A stretch of DNA of 64,000 nucleotides, from assembly GCA_964016885.1 (NCBI GenBank), contig OZ024741.1:57226001-57290000 (forward strand), read 5' to 3'. Origin of the DNA: Eledone cirrhosa. Taxonomy: Eukaryota. Of the stretch, positions 62,321-64,000 are shown piece after piece. The notes beneath the pieces were generated by a model. The model had not been told where the DNA came from and searched no databases. It worked only from the letters and a program-made list of their open reading frames with translations. The translations under genes and the position numbers were made by a program. How positions within the stretch are numbered: position 1 is the stretch's first letter; each line of letters opens with the position of its first letter.

Positions 62321-62850
62321 ATATTGTTATACTTTGGGAGGGTCATGTTGCCAATAAGAAACACACGCACCAGTTTGCTTTCACTTCAATTTATTATTAT
62401 AATAAATTTATAAATTTATAAATTTCTGGTTGGTTGGCTGGTTCCACAACTAGATAGTTGTTTATATATTGTCATAGTTCTTTCGTCACACACTCTGTGA
62501 CCTCTTCAGTGACTGGGGATTCCTTTCTTTGTTTCTGTCCTACGCCATTGAAACAAAATGGCGTAGGACAGAACAAAGGAGAGGCACAGAAACAAAGAAA
62601 GGAATCCCCAGTCACTGAAGAGGTCACAGAGTGTGTGACGAAAGAACTATGACACTATATAAACAACTATCTAGTTGTGGAACCAGCCAACCAACCAGAA
62701 ATTTATAAATTTATTATAAATTTATTATAATAATAAATTGAAGTGAAAGCAACTGGTGCGTGTGTTTATTGGCAACATGACCCTCCCAAAGTATAACAAT
62801 ATCGGTTTCAACACACGATTTCAGATAAAGAATCTTGCTAAACAAATTCA
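62321..62850 (+). mobile_element. ~480-bp palindromic element carrying mirror-image hammerhead motifs
   Basis: Arms 62321-62538 and 62586-62802 are nearly perfectly inverted; inner hairpin 62533-62573; ~50-bp unpaired tail; (TA)n on both sides. Confidence 0.8.
62611..62653 (+). ncRNA. Minimal type I hammerhead motif (mirror copy at 62471-62513, minus strand)
   Basis: gtca-CTGAAGA-g-gtcaca gagtg tgtgac-GAA-AGAACT-A-tgac: helix I gtca/tgac, 6-bp helix II, minimal helix III. Confidence 0.7.
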
Positions 62851-62856
62851 GAAACG

Positions 62857-62912
<56 letters not shown>

Positions 62913-62973
62913 ACATTAAACGACAACAGGAGGCGGGACTGGAAAATTTGCTTCGGAATTTTAATTCCGCGAA

Positions 62974-63044
62974 ATCACTATACATATTTTGATGGCCCAG
63001 CTTCATCATTCAATTATGATGAAAGACGACCTCATTAGGCATCA
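62974..63044 (-). ncRNA. Decayed hammerhead, same family as 8425-8500
   Basis: CTAATGA...ttcatcat aattga atgatgaa...ctgggccatc-AAAA-TATGTA-TA-gtg; the downstream ~50 nt also align with 8496-8545; two core mutations. Confidence 0.5.
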
Positions 63045-64000
63045 CCCACATATATTATATATATGTTGTGTGTGTGTGTGTGTGTACATGCAGTCCAACC
63101 CTTGCTAGCAGGGAAGGACATTAAAATGATGATGGTAGTGGATGTAGGATGGCGGAATGATTATGAAGTTTGCTTCATAATCCTTAGGCCCCAGGTTTTC
63201 ATCCCACTGGTGGCATGTTGGGCAAGTGTATTTACCCACAGCCTTGTGAGTGAAATTGGTTAGATGGAAACTGTTTGGAAAGCCATCAGATGGATGTACC
63301 TGTAGTTCAAAGACCAGCATTGTTAAACACTTTCCAACTGATTCTCCAGGAGAATTACATTAACCCTTTAGCATTTAAAATGGCCGTATCTAGCCAGAAT
63401 TCTCTCACTTTTTTCTGTTCAAACCGGTTGTAACTGGCTATGTAAGGTATTCTTCTCAAAATAAATAATACCAAAATCTCGTAGATTCAATATTATGTAA
63501 GGTAAAGCCTTTACTATGAAAATACAATAGTATATATATATATAGTAACCATCATCATCATTGCCGTTTAACGTCCACCTTCCACACTAGCATGGATTAG
63601 ACTAGTAATGTAAATACTAACGGGTTAAGGGTACACGCCTGTCGAATGCTCAACTACTTATACATAAATTTCATGAGCAGGCTGTCCTGTTGATTTAACA
63701 ACTTGGAGACACTCATCATCAACACTAACAGTGCTCCCATCATTACCATAATCTACTCCTTGAAGTTGTTTTTCTCTTTCTTTCTCTCTGTTTTTAGTTT
63801 GTTTCACTTCTCAAAATAGTTATTTTTAAAAAGTTCACATTCACCCTTTCATCCACCCATCTCAACCAACAATTTAATTCATACATAATCATGTCTCTAG
63901 GATGGTGTTGATATTTTTTTTAACACTAAATTGTTGTTTGTCATGTCATCTGATGATTCATAATTTTGGGAGGTAATGGTGTCGGTAGGGCTGACTTGGC

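Overview
Eukaryotic, AT-rich, repeat-saturated genomic DNA. The SINE families, RTE LINEs and kb-scale (TA)n arrays suggest a cephalopod (Octopus-like) genome; this is inference. No intact host protein-coding gene is supported, and most long ORFs in the track are microsatellite read-through (YIYI...). Mobile elements present: a nested array of L1/Tx1-type LINEs sitting in (ATCT)n repeats (8.9-17.6 kb, 19.8-20.4 kb); several RTE LINEs; a Penelope-like RT fragment; a CRE-like LINE fragment with a restriction-like endonuclease; a Merlin/IS1595-type transposase pseudogene; a non-coding LTR element with a tRNA-Trp PBS; tRNA-derived SINEs; piggyBac- and Tc1-type MITEs. The most notable signal is non-coding. 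About a dozen type I hammerhead-ribozyme-like motifs from several unrelated families occur here, several with unusually long helix II extensions. They sit in short TA-flanked elements with fold-back ends and a shared 3' motif, which points to a population of Penelope-derived, retrozyme-like elements. All coordinates and base-pairings were read by eye and may be off by a few bases.
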